Shown: positions 30,289 to 40,791, numbered from the stretch's first letter. The stretch is 64,000 nucleotides of DNA from Rhodobacterales bacterium (GCA_025362795.1 JANYFE010000036.1:56-64055), one strand, 5' to 3'. Notes: generated from the letters alone by a model not told the origin. Program-made: numbers and translations.

Positions 30289-30947
30289 GCCGCACCTTGA
30301 AATTCGGGCGCAAACCCGCCGCTTCGGGCCGCGCCAAAAGCCTCGTGGTCTTTCTGCACGGCTATGGCGCCGACGGTGCCGATCTTCTGGGTCTTGCCGA
30401 TGTGCTGGCCCCCCACCTGCCTGACACCAGCTTCGCCGCCCCCGACGCCGCAGACCGCATCCCCGGTGCGCCCTCAGGTCACCAATGGTTTGCGATTCCG
30501 CGCTTTGACGGTTCGACCGAGGCGCAGGCAGAGGCCGGTTTGAAAATGGCCATCGATGATGTGAACGCTTTCCTCGATCAGCGGCTGGCCTATGAAGGCC
30601 TTGGTCCCGAAGCCCTCGCCCTGGTTGGCTTTTCTCAAGGTGCCATGATGAGCCTGGCCGTCGCGCCGCGCCGCGCCGTGCCCATTGCTGCGGTCGTCGC
30701 CATCTCTGGCCGCCTGATCCATCCCGAACGCCTCGCGGCTGAAACCCGGTCCAGACCGCCCATGCTGATCATGCACGGCGATCAGGATCAGGTCGTCGAT
30801 TTCGCCGAAATGGGCCGCGCCGCCGACGCGCTGACCACCGCAGGGTTCGACACCTACGGCCATGTCATGTCGGGGTCCGGCCACGGTATCGCCCAAGACG
30901 GGCTGTCGACCGCGCTGGCGTTCCTGCGGCACCACCTGCCAGCCTGA
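30285..30947 (+). CDS. Phospholipase/carboxylesterase alpha/beta hydrolase
   Basis: LHGYGADG, GFSQG nucleophile elbow, HGDQD, GHGI; ATGA overlap with the upstream gene. Confidence 0.92.
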   Translation: MSRTLKFGRKPAASGRAKSLVVFLHGYGADGADLLGLADVLAPHLPDTSFAAPDAADRIPGAPSGHQWFAIPRFDGSTEAQAEAGLKMAIDDVNAFLDQRLAYEGLGPEALALVGFSQGAMMSLAVAPRRAVPIAAVVAISGRLIHPERLAAETRSRPPMLIMHGDQDQVVDFAEMGRAADALTTAGFDTYGHVMSGSGHGIAQDGLSTALAFLRHHLPA

Positions 30948-31011
30948 GCAGCCCGCACCAACGGCTCCGATTTACCTTTTTCCAAATACTCCCGCCAGAG
31001 GCTCCGTCACT

Positions 31012-31974
31012 TCAACCTTGCCCGCCATTGGCCAGATAGGCCGCACAGCCGGTCAGGGCCGCAAAATCATCCTCGACAATCCACACCGGAAACGCCCGCA
31101 GGAAATCGCCAAACCGCCCCTTGTCGCAGATCGCGTCGGCCAGCCCCATCTCGGCCAGATAGGGTGTCATCGCCCGGCTCATTCCGCCGATCAGAAATAT
31201 GCCGCCATAGGGCAGATGCGTCAGCGCCAAATTGCCCAGGGTCGACCCCAGGATCCGGGTGTAAAGTCGCGCGGTCTCCACGGCATGCGCCTCGCCGGCA
31301 GTCAGTGCCGCGATGATCTCGGCAGAGGTTCTCGGCTGCATCGCCCCGGCTTCCTTGGTGACAAACGCGTACAGATGCTCCATTCCGCGCCCAGCCAGGG
31401 CATCCTCGACCCCGGCAAAGCCATGGGCATGTTCGCCGTAAGTCTCGATGAAATGGGCCAGCCGCAGATCGGCATCACTGCGGATCGGCATAGAGACATG
31501 ACCGCATTCCGACGGTGGCACCACGCGGCCCCAAGGTGTGTTGTGAACCGGTGCTGCATTGACCCCGGTGCCCAGCCCCACGACCAGCATCGACGCATTC
31601 GGCACCGCAGGGGCCTCGACGACAGGCCGCAGAAACTCGGTGGCAATATGGCCCAAAGCCTGGCCCTGCGCCTGCAAATCGTTCAAAATTGCCACATGCC
31701 GCGCCCCGGTCGCGCGCGTCAGCAGCGGGTGGTCGATGATCCACGACAGGTTGGTCATTTCTGCCACGCCATGCCGCACCGGACCCGCCGCTGCGACACA
31801 GGCACCCTCGACCGAGGTGATGCCCGCTTCGTTCAGATAGCGGATCAGGATAGGCTCCAGACCGTCAAACTCGGCATTGTGAAACTTCGCAATGCTGTTC
31901 GGGCGCACCTGTTTGCCATCGGCCAAAGCGACGCGGGTGTTGGTGCCACCGATATCGGCAAGAATGGCGGTCAT
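31012..31974 (-). CDS. glk: Glucokinase
   Basis: ADIGGTNTRVAL, LNDLQAQ, GLGTG, SECGH. Confidence 0.93.
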   Translation of the reverse strand: MTAILADIGGTNTRVALADGKQVRPNSIAKFHNAEFDGLEPILIRYLNEAGITSVEGACVAAAGPVRHGVAEMTNLSWIIDHPLLTRATGARHVAILNDLQAQGQALGHIATEFLRPVVEAPAVPNASMLVVGLGTGVNAAPVHNTPWGRVVPPSECGHVSMPIRSDADLRLAHFIETYGEHAHGFAGVEDALAGRGMEHLYAFVTKEAGAMQPRTSAEIIAALTAGEAHAVETARLYTRILGSTLGNLALTHLPYGGIFLIGGMSRAMTPYLAEMGLADAICDKGRFGDFLRAFPVWIVEDDFAALTGCAAYLANGGQG

Positions 31975-32001
31975 GTTGGTCCCCTTGATTCTGCTGCGGG
32001 C

Positions 32002-33333
32002 TCAGGCGTTGCGCGCCAAAGCGCGGGCAAAGGCATGATAGGATGATTTTGGTTTGCGTTCGAGGCTGTGAAAATCAACATGCACCAGTCCAAAGCGTTT
32101 TTCATAGCCTTCGGCCCTTTCGTAATTATCCGGAAGCGACCAATAGAAAAAGCCTTTCACATTGGCTCCCTGGGCGATCGCACGTCGCGTGGCCTCCAGA
32201 TGGGCAAACAGATAATCCTCGCGAATTACGTCACTTACCGCGCCATCTTCAACCACATCGGCATGCGCCATGCCATTTTCGGTGACATATATCGGCAGAT
32301 CCCCGACATAGTCGCGCTGCATCCGCGTCAGGAACCCCTCTAATCCTTCGGGGTAAATCTCCCACCCCATCTGGGTCTTGGGCAAACTGCCCGGCACGTC
32401 GCGGATCGCGGGCCACGCAGCCCTGGGATTGGCGGCGATAGTGTGGCGGGTATAGTAATTCACCCCCAGCCAATCCAGTTTTTGCCCGATCAGCGGCATG
32501 TCGTCCTGCCAGCCCTCTGGCATGTGTGAAGAAAGACCCGTAAGCACCTCTGATGGATAGTTTTTTTTGGTGATCCCCTCGATGAACCAACGGTTGAAGA
32601 TCCCGTCCCAAACCGCCGCCGCCTCCTGGTCCGCCAAGGCGGCGCTCGCCGCTTCGGTATGATCAAAATTCAGCACGATCCCCAGGTTCTTCTGCCCCAT
32701 CCCGCGCAAACGTTCCACCGCAGTCCCATGCGCCAGCAGCACATGATGCATCGCTCGCGCTGCGGCCCGGATGTCACGGTGGCCCGGCGCATGAATGCCC
32801 ATGAAATGCGACAGCCAGGCCACGCACCATGGCTCGTTGATAGTGGCGATGCTGGCAACCCGGTCGCCCAGCACCCGCGTCACCGCTTCGGCATAGTCTG
32901 CGAACCATGACGCCACATCTTGGTTGGTCCAACCGCCAAGGTCCGCCAAAGCCGAGGGCAATTCCCAATGATACAGCGTCTGGAATGGCTTCAGGCCGCG
33001 CTCCAGCATCCCATCGACCAACCTGTCGTAAAACGCCATGCCCTCCGGGTTCACGCGCCGCCCGTCCGGCATCACCCGCGCCCAGGATGTGGAAAAGCGA
33101 TAGGCGTCCATATTGGCGGCTTTGACCAAATCCAGATCGGCCGGCCAGCGATGGAAATGATCGCAGGCAACCGCACCATCTTCACCGCGCACCACATTGC
33201 CCGCAGTCGCGGCGAACGTGTCCCAGTGGCACGGCCCGCAGCCGCCATGCCTGGTGCCCTCGATCTGATAGGCCGCCGTCGCTGCGCCAAACAGGAAACC
33301 TTCGGGAAAGTCGAAACGGCTCAGGCGCATCAT
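32002..33333 (-). CDS. GH1 beta-glucosidase, possibly inactivated
   Basis: AYQIEG, TINEP acid/base, VTENG nucleophile; the conserved SLxDNxEW motif reads SLPDNYER. Confidence 0.92.
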   Translation of the reverse strand: MMRLSRFDFPEGFLFGAATAAYQIEGTRHGGCGPCHWDTFAATAGNVVRGEDGAVACDHFHRWPADLDLVKAANMDAYRFSTSWARVMPDGRRVNPEGMAFYDRLVDGMLERGLKPFQTLYHWELPSALADLGGWTNQDVASWFADYAEAVTRVLGDRVASIATINEPWCVAWLSHFMGIHAPGHRDIRAAARAMHHVLLAHGTAVERLRGMGQKNLGIVLNFDHTEAASAALADQEAAAVWDGIFNRWFIEGITKKNYPSEVLTGLSSHMPEGWQDDMPLIGQKLDWLGVNYYTRHTIAANPRAAWPAIRDVPGSLPKTQMGWEIYPEGLEGFLTRMQRDYVGDLPIYVTENGMAHADVVEDGAVSDVIREDYLFAHLEATRRAIAQGANVKGFFYWSLPDNYERAEGYEKRFGLVHVDFHSLERKPKSSYHAFARALARNA

Positions 33334-33343
33334 GGCTCCGGAA

Positions 33344-34372
33344 TTACAGAACGGGGGCAGGGCCGGTCGACTGACCCAGGATCAGCTCCGCCTCCAGCAG
33401 CCTGTGCTGTGGTGGCAGGCCGGGCTGGCTGATCACGCCCAGCAGCATTTCCGCCGACAACCGCCCGGCTTCCCGCACACTTGACCTTGTGGCGGTGAAG
33501 ATCGGCAAATCCTCGCCGTTGCGCAGATAGCTCAGATCATCGTCAAAAATAATAACCGACACATCCCGGCCCATCCGCAGGCCCCGGCCCTGGATCGCGC
33601 GCCGCACCCCCATGCCTTGCAGCATCGAGGCGCACAGGAACGCCGTCGCCGGTGCCGCCTGCGACAATGCGTTTTCGGCCGACCGATAGCCGTTGATCTC
33701 GGTCATTTCGGTTGTCGACAACAACTCTGTCGCAACTTCCAAACCCCGCGCGGCCATCGCGTCGCTGAATCCGGTGCGACGGCGCACCGCGAAATCCATC
33801 GACTCCCGCCCGTTGACCAACGCAATCCGGCGATGGCCAAGGTCCAGCAAAAATTCGGTCGCCCGCTGAAAGGCGCGCCGATTGTTGACATCGACCCAGT
33901 TGTAATCCAGCTCCGATCCAGTTGACCGGCCGTGCACCACGAACGGCAGGCCCAGATCCTTCAGCACCTTGATCCGCGGATCATCGGTTTTGGGCGCATG
34001 GACGATGACGCCATCCACCGTGCCGCGCGACATCAGGTCGCGATAGGTCGCTTCTTCCATCTCGTCGGGCACGACCGACAAGATCATCTCATACCCGCTG
34101 CGGGCATAGACTTCGCCGGATCCTGCAATGAAATCGCCAAAGATCGGGTTCATGATTTCATTATGGGTGATAACGGGAATCACGTGACCCACCGCCAAGG
34201 CCCGCCCGGTGGCCAGACGAATGGCGCGGGCGTTGGGTCGGTAATTGTGCCGTCGCGCCGCCGCCACAACACGCTCGCGCGTCGCCTCATTGACTTCGGG
34301 ATAACCGTTCAGCGCACGGCTGACAGTTGTCGGCGACAGGCCGAGTTTGGTTGCAAGGTCCTTCAGGTTCAT
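33344..34372 (-). CDS. LacI-family transcriptional regulator (AglR-like)
   Basis: MNLKDLATKLGLSPTTVSRALNG HTH, YRPNARA hinge, sugar-binding domain. Confidence 0.93.
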   Translation of the reverse strand: MNLKDLATKLGLSPTTVSRALNGYPEVNEATRERVVAAARRHNYRPNARAIRLATGRALAVGHVIPVITHNEIMNPIFGDFIAGSGEVYARSGYEMILSVVPDEMEEATYRDLMSRGTVDGVIVHAPKTDDPRIKVLKDLGLPFVVHGRSTGSELDYNWVDVNNRRAFQRATEFLLDLGHRRIALVNGRESMDFAVRRRTGFSDAMAARGLEVATELLSTTEMTEINGYRSAENALSQAAPATAFLCASMLQGMGVRRAIQGRGLRMGRDVSVIIFDDDLSYLRNGEDLPIFTATRSSVREAGRLSAEMLLGVISQPGLPPQHRLLEAELILGQSTGPAPVL

Positions 34373-34514
34373 ATCAGCCAAAACGGTTTGCTACGGTTCG
34401 GCGCGACATTAGAACGGCTTTTTGCCAAGGTCAAAGCATTGCGGCGTCTCCGTAAACGTTTCAGTTGCCCAATTTGCAAAGGGAGTCATTGGGAATACCG
34501 GTCAAATTTGCACC

Positions 34515-34562
34515 TCAAAGCGCTTTGATAACATCCGGCGAGCCGCCCTCAAAGCGCTTTGA
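34515..34562. promoter_or_regulatory. Two identical perfect 14-bp LacI-type operators
   Basis: TCAAAGCGCTTTGA at 34515-34528 and 34549-34562; weaker variants at about 34379-34390 and 34452-34462. Confidence 0.85.
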
Positions 34563-34594
34563 ATTACCCCCACTTGTGGGATGTGTGCCACAGT

Positions 34595-35467
34595 CTACGC
34601 GACACCTGCCAGCAAACCACGCAAGATTGCGGGCAGATGCGCCAGTCCCGAGGGGTCGCCGTCTCCCGCCAGCCTCACCAGAACCAGCGGCTCGGTTCCC
34701 GCATCGCGGATCGGGCGCACCACCAAAGGCTTGCCGTCGGGGCTCAGCCGTGGCGCTGGCTGCGCATAGCTGATCCCCACCCCCAGCCCATTCGCGGCGA
34801 AGCTGCGCATCAGCTCAAGCGAGGCACAACGGTGCGCAATGCGCGGCACCAGCCCCACCTGTGAAAACAACGCGCGCATATGGCCGATGCTCAGCCCTTG
34901 ATCGGTCAACACCAAGGGCTGGTCCACCAGATCCGCCAGCGTCACATGGGCTTGCCCCGCCAGGGGATGGTCTGCCGCCAGCACCGCTTGCGGTGGCAAC
35001 CGCGCCAGTTCCAGCCGGTGCAACGCGGGCGGCAAGCCCAGATCCCAGGTCAGCGCCACATCGACATGGCCCTGCAACAGTGCCTCGGTCAGCGCCTCGA
35101 ACCCCATGACGCGGGCGCTCAGGGCCTGTTCGGTCTTGGCCAGCAGCGGTGCCAGCAAAACCGGCGCCAGATCCTCGAACATCGCCAGCCGCAGCGGCGA
35201 CGCACGGACTGCGCCCGACATAAGCCGGCTAAATCCGTCCAGCTGCCCCTCGGCCGCCTCCAGCCAGCCCCGGCCAAATGGCGTCGGCACCATCGGCCCG
35301 CCGGGTCTGCGCAAGAACAGCGGTTGGCCCAATTGCCGCTCGACCTGCGCCAGCGCCACTGACAGCGCCGGCTGGCTGACATGCAGCGCCGCTGCCGCCG
35401 CCGTCAGCCCGCCATGTCAGGCGATGGCGCAAGCATAGTCCATTTGGCGCAGCGTTGTAGATAACAT
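34595..35467 (-). pseudogene. LysR-family regulator with in-frame TGA at codon 17
   Basis: MLSTTLRQMDYACAIA*HGGLTAAAAALHVSQPALSVALAQVE; stop at 35417-35419; the frame is otherwise continuous for 291 codons. Confidence 0.9.
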
Positions 35468-35475
35468 GAAGTTAT
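35461..35475. promoter_or_regulatory. LysR recognition site (T-N11-A)
   Basis: ATAAC-ATGAA-GTTAT dyad overlapping the LysR start codon, upstream of the divergent dioxygenase. Confidence 0.75.
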
Positions 35476-35549
35476 GACCTGCTTTGAAAGGTATTATTTG
35501 AACCGATGATAGGGACATGCAATCCAGTGTCCAACGACAATCGGAGGCG

Positions 35550-36344
35550 ATGATGGCGACGACGGTAACCGACGAGATGGTGGCAACCTATCAGCGCGAA
35601 GGCGTTGTGCTGATCAAAGGTCTGTGGGCCGACTGGGTGGACACGCTGCGCGACGGCATCGCCCGCAACATGGCCGAACCCGGTCCCTATGCCGCCGAAA
35701 ACCTGAAACCGGGCGAGGGCGGTCGGTTTTTTGATGACTACTGCAACTGGAACCGCATTCCCGAATTTGAAACCGTCATCCGCCAGTCAGACGCCGCCGA
35801 TGTCGCCGCGCGGCTCATGGCGTCGCAACGGGTGCAATTGTTTCACGACCACGTTCTGGTCAAGGAACCCGGCACGGCCAAGCCAACCCCGTGGCATCAG
35901 GATGGCCCGTATTACTTTGTGGCCGGTCAGCAGACCGTCAGCTTCTGGTCGCCACTCGACCCGGTGAAAGAGGCGTCCTTGCGCTGTGTCGCCGGATCGC
36001 ACCTGTGGCCGAAAGAGGTGCTGCCGAAACGCTGGCTGTCCGATACGTCGTTCTACCCCGACCCAGACAAATACATGGCCGTCCCAGACCCGGATGCGGA
36101 AGGCATGCCGGTGCGCGAATGGCAGATGGAGCCGGGCGACGCGGTCGCCTTTAATTACCTGACCCTACACGGCGCACGTGGCAATGAAACCGGTGCGCGC
36201 CGCCGTGCCTTCAGCCTGCGCTTGGTTGGCGATGATGCGGCCTATGTCGAACGCCCCGGGCGCACCTCGCCCCCCTATCCCGGCCATGACATGCAGCCGG
36301 GCCAGCGCCTGCGCGAAGACTGGTTCCCGGTGCTGCGCGGCTGA
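35550..36344 (+). CDS. Phytanoyl-CoA dioxygenase (PhyH) family Fe(II)/2OG oxygenase
   Basis: TPWHQD (HxD) and LTLHGARG distal His; GGAGG RBS. Confidence 0.92.
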   Translation: MMATTVTDEMVATYQREGVVLIKGLWADWVDTLRDGIARNMAEPGPYAAENLKPGEGGRFFDDYCNWNRIPEFETVIRQSDAADVAARLMASQRVQLFHDHVLVKEPGTAKPTPWHQDGPYYFVAGQQTVSFWSPLDPVKEASLRCVAGSHLWPKEVLPKRWLSDTSFYPDPDKYMAVPDPDAEGMPVREWQMEPGDAVAFNYLTLHGARGNETGARRRAFSLRLVGDDAAYVERPGRTSPPYPGHDMQPGQRLREDWFPVLRG

Positions 36345-36393
36345 TTTTGCACAGCGTCCGGCACTGACCGGGGCGAAAAACGTCCTGCCGCGT

Positions 36394-36432
36394 GTAGACG
36401 TGGGCAAGACGCATGCAAGACGCGTTCAAGAC
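36394..36432. repeat. Helically phased 11-bp-period direct repeats
   Basis: GTAGAC at 36394 and CAAGAC at 36405, 36416 and 36427, in a convergent intergenic gap. Confidence 0.7.
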
Positions 36433-36436
36433 ACCC

Positions 36437-37132
36437 TCAAATCAGGTCAACCCACGCCCGCGCAATCGCCAAACCATGCGCATCCGCGGCCACCCCCAGC
36501 GTCGCGGCCAATGTAGGACAGGTCGTCAGCCAGCCCGGTTGCTGCGCCTCCACAAGGTCCGGAAAGGTCGCATTCCAGTCGGCAACCAATGCCCGGGACG
36601 CTTCAAAATGAAACTGCATCCCATAGGCCGCACGGTGGATGCGAAAGCATTGAACCGGCGCGGCGGGCGTGGTGGCCAGCAGTGTGGCACCGGGCGGCAG
36701 GGTGAACGCATCGGCATGCCATTCGAAAATCGCGAACTGGTCAGGCACATGCTTCAGCACCGGATCAACCTTTGCAGCCTCGGTCAACTGCACGTCGCAC
36801 CACCCAAATTCCCGAGCGTTTCCAATGCTGTTCTGCGCCCCCAACCCCCGCGCCATCACCTGCGCCCCAAGGCAGATGCCAAGGACGGCACGGTCCATTG
36901 CCGCCGTTTGTCGCATCAGTTTCGCCATAGCCGGCAAGTAGGGATGGCTTGCATCCGCCAGCGCCGACTGCTCGCCACCGAACGCAACCAAGGCGTCATG
37001 GTCGCCGGGTTCCGGCAAAATGCCATCCGCCCAGGGCCTGAAAATCTCGACCCGTGCCGCCCTTTCATGCAAGGCGACGCCGATCTGGCCATGATGGGTC
37101 ACGGCAGTGTTCTCGATGATGGCAACCAGCAT
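36437..37132 (-). CDS. Class I glutamine amidotransferase-like protein
   Basis: LGICLGAQ catalytic Cys, QFHFE His-Glu; GGAG RBS before ATG 37132. Confidence 0.92.
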   Translation of the reverse strand: MLVAIIENTAVTHHGQIGVALHERAARVEIFRPWADGILPEPGDHDALVAFGGEQSALADASHPYLPAMAKLMRQTAAMDRAVLGICLGAQVMARGLGAQNSIGNAREFGWCDVQLTEAAKVDPVLKHVPDQFAIFEWHADAFTLPPGATLLATTPAAPVQCFRIHRAAYGMQFHFEASRALVADWNATFPDLVEAQQPGWLTTCPTLAATLGVAADAHGLAIARAWVDLI

Positions 37133-37283
37133 GCAACTCCCCGCTCCCTGCGACCATGCAACACTCTGCCAAACAGTGGGTGCAACCGCAAGATACGGCG
37201 CTTTCGCCCTTGCCAAGCCCCGGTAATGGTGAAAAGGGGAGCCGTCAAACGAACAACTCCCCAACCCCCCGTAGGAGGATTAA

Positions 37284-38732
<1,449 letters not shown>

Positions 38733-38827
38733 GTGTCCACATATGGACAATCAACAAATATGAGTGATTGCAGTACGTTAAACATGCAACTTTACCCGAC
38801 CTTAACCTTTTCCACCGAGGTGCTCGG

Positions 38828-39574
38828 ATGACCCGCCGCGCCCTGATCACCGGTGCCGGTGCCCCGGGCGGCATTGGCATGGCCTGCGCCCATGCGCTTG
38901 GCAAAGCCGGGTTTTCGCTGGCCATCGCGTCCACCACCGACCGTATTCTGGAACGGCAGGCCACCTTGCAGGCGGCAGGTTTCACCGTCACCGCCCATAT
39001 TGCTGACCTGACCGACCCCGCCCAGGTCGCCCGGCTTATCGACGAAGCGAGCAGCGTCGATGTTCTGGTCAACAACGCCGGGATGGGCAGCATAATGAAA
39101 CCGTCCAAGTCGCGCAGATTCGTCACGGCAACGCTGGATCAATGGCAGCAAAGCTTTGTGGCGACCTTTGAACCGACACGGCTGATGACCCATGCAGTTC
39201 TGTCGGGCATGATAGCGGCCGGTTGGGGGCGGGTGATCCAGATCGGGTCCGTGACCGGGCCACTGGTCGCGATTTCAGGCTCCTCCGCCTATGGCGCGGC
39301 CAAAGCGGCGATCACCGGCCTGACCCAGACGCTGGCTCTGGAACTCGGTGGTAGTGGTGTGACGGTAAACATCGTGGCACCCGGCTGGGTTGGCACCGAA
39401 GCCTCGTCCAAAGGCGAGTTTGCTGCGGCGCGCAAATCACCAATGGGTCGGGCCGGACGACCGGACGAAGTGGCGGCAGCGGTCGCCTTTCTGGCATCTG
39501 ATGGCGCATCCTACATGAACGGCGCGACAATCGTGGTGGATGGTGGCAATATTTTGCAAGAAAAAAAGGCGTGA
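38828..39574 (+). CDS. Short-chain dehydrogenase/reductase (FabG-like)
   Basis: TGAGAPGGIG, NNAG, YGAAK, VAPG, VDGG. Confidence 0.92.
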   Translation: MTRRALITGAGAPGGIGMACAHALGKAGFSLAIASTTDRILERQATLQAAGFTVTAHIADLTDPAQVARLIDEASSVDVLVNNAGMGSIMKPSKSRRFVTATLDQWQQSFVATFEPTRLMTHAVLSGMIAAGWGRVIQIGSVTGPLVAISGSSAYGAAKAAITGLTQTLALELGGSGVTVNIVAPGWVGTEASSKGEFAAARKSPMGRAGRPDEVAAAVAFLASDGASYMNGATIVVDGGNILQEKKA

Positions 39575-39593
39575 AAGGTCAGGTGGTTACGCC

Positions 39594-40742
39594 ATGACCC
39601 CCGGCGCGAGACTTTCTGCAGCAATCGAGGTGCTGGACCGTATCCTGTCGGGTGCACCTGCCGAGCAAGCCTTGACGAACTGGGGCCGGGCCAATCGTTT
39701 CGCAGGCTCCGGTGATCGCCATGCCCTGCGCGATCTGGTCTTTGATGCCCTGCGCTGCAAGCGATCGTTTGCCGCTTTGGGCGGGGCGGAAACCGGCCGG
39801 GGGCTGGTGATGGGTGGTTTGCGGGCGGCGGGCAGTGATCCCGCGGTGCTGTTCACCGGGTTTGCCCATGCGGCCGCGCCGGTTGGGCCGAGCGAGGCGG
39901 GGCGCACCCCAGAGGCGATGGAGGCGCTGGATTGCCCAGACTGGCTGGCACCACACTTGCAGGCGAGCCTCGGGGATGATTTTGCGCCGGTGATGATGGC
40001 GATGCGCCAGCGTGCACCAGTATTTTTGCGGGTCAATCTGGTCAAGGCCGACCGTGTCTCGGCAATCGCTGCACTCGCCGAAGAAGGCCTGGTTGCGGTT
40101 CCGGTGCTTTGGATCAAGACCGCGCTGGAGGTTACTGAAAACGCACGAAAAGTTCAGAACAGTCGTGCCTATGCAGATGGGTTAGTCGAATTGCAGGATG
40201 CGTCTTCACAAGCGGTGGTCGAGGCCATGTTGCTGCGCCCCGGTTCCAAGGTTCTGGATTTTTGCGCGGGCGGTGGTGGCAAGACTTTGGCGATGGCGGC
40301 TCTGGGTCTCAATCCGGATGCGCATGACGCCAACCCGAACCGGATGCGCGATCTGCCGGCGCGTGCGGCGCGGGCCGGTGCCCGCGTTTGTTTGGTAGAA
40401 AACATTGCGAAGACAGCATCTTATGATGTGGTCTTGACAGATGTTCCCTGTTCCGGTTCAGGGTCGTGGCGACGCGACCCGCAGGGCAAGTGGGCATTGA
40501 CCGAGACCCGGCTGCGCGACCTTTTGGTCCTGCAAGCAGAGATTCTGGATCGGGTACTGCCACTGATCAAACCGGCGGGCGTGTTGGCATACGCAACCTG
40601 TTCGCTGTTGACGGATGAGAATGAGGCGCAGATCACGCGCTTTTTGCAACGGCATCCCGACTGGCGCTGTCTGGATCAACACCGCTTCAGCCCGTTGAAC
40701 GGCGGCGACGGGTTCTTTTTGGCGCGATTGACGCGCCGCTAA
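39594..40742 (+). CDS. RsmB/NOP (Sun) RNA m5C methyltransferase family
   Basis: QDASSQ, LDFCAGGGGKT, DVPCSGSG, YATCS, DGFF. Confidence 0.94.
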   Translation: MTPGARLSAAIEVLDRILSGAPAEQALTNWGRANRFAGSGDRHALRDLVFDALRCKRSFAALGGAETGRGLVMGGLRAAGSDPAVLFTGFAHAAAPVGPSEAGRTPEAMEALDCPDWLAPHLQASLGDDFAPVMMAMRQRAPVFLRVNLVKADRVSAIAALAEEGLVAVPVLWIKTALEVTENARKVQNSRAYADGLVELQDASSQAVVEAMLLRPGSKVLDFCAGGGGKTLAMAALGLNPDAHDANPNRMRDLPARAARAGARVCLVENIAKTASYDVVLTDVPCSGSGSWRRDPQGKWALTETRLRDLLVLQAEILDRVLPLIKPAGVLAYATCSLLTDENEAQITRFLQRHPDWRCLDQHRFSPLNGGDGFFLARLTRR

Positions 40743-40791
40743 CCAATGCGTACACAACTTTGACGTGTTTTTCGCATATTCCGCTCCGGGG

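Noticed and set aside
35455-35482. ATAA...TTATG pattern as a possible dif site
   Set aside because: The spacer between ATAA and TTAT is 7 nt rather than 6, the XerD arm does not match, and the dyad is a T-N11-A LysR box in the expected position.
37134-37262. 9-bp direct repeat CAACTCCCC (37134 and 37254) as a target-site duplication
   Set aside because: No terminal inverted repeats between the copies, one copy is the RBS of the GATase gene, and the repeat is low complexity.
38733-38827. AT-rich stretch with GTGTCCACA as a possible oriC
   Set aside because: Only one DnaA-like 9-mer with two mismatches, 95 bp long, no box cluster, and none of the usual origin-flanking genes.
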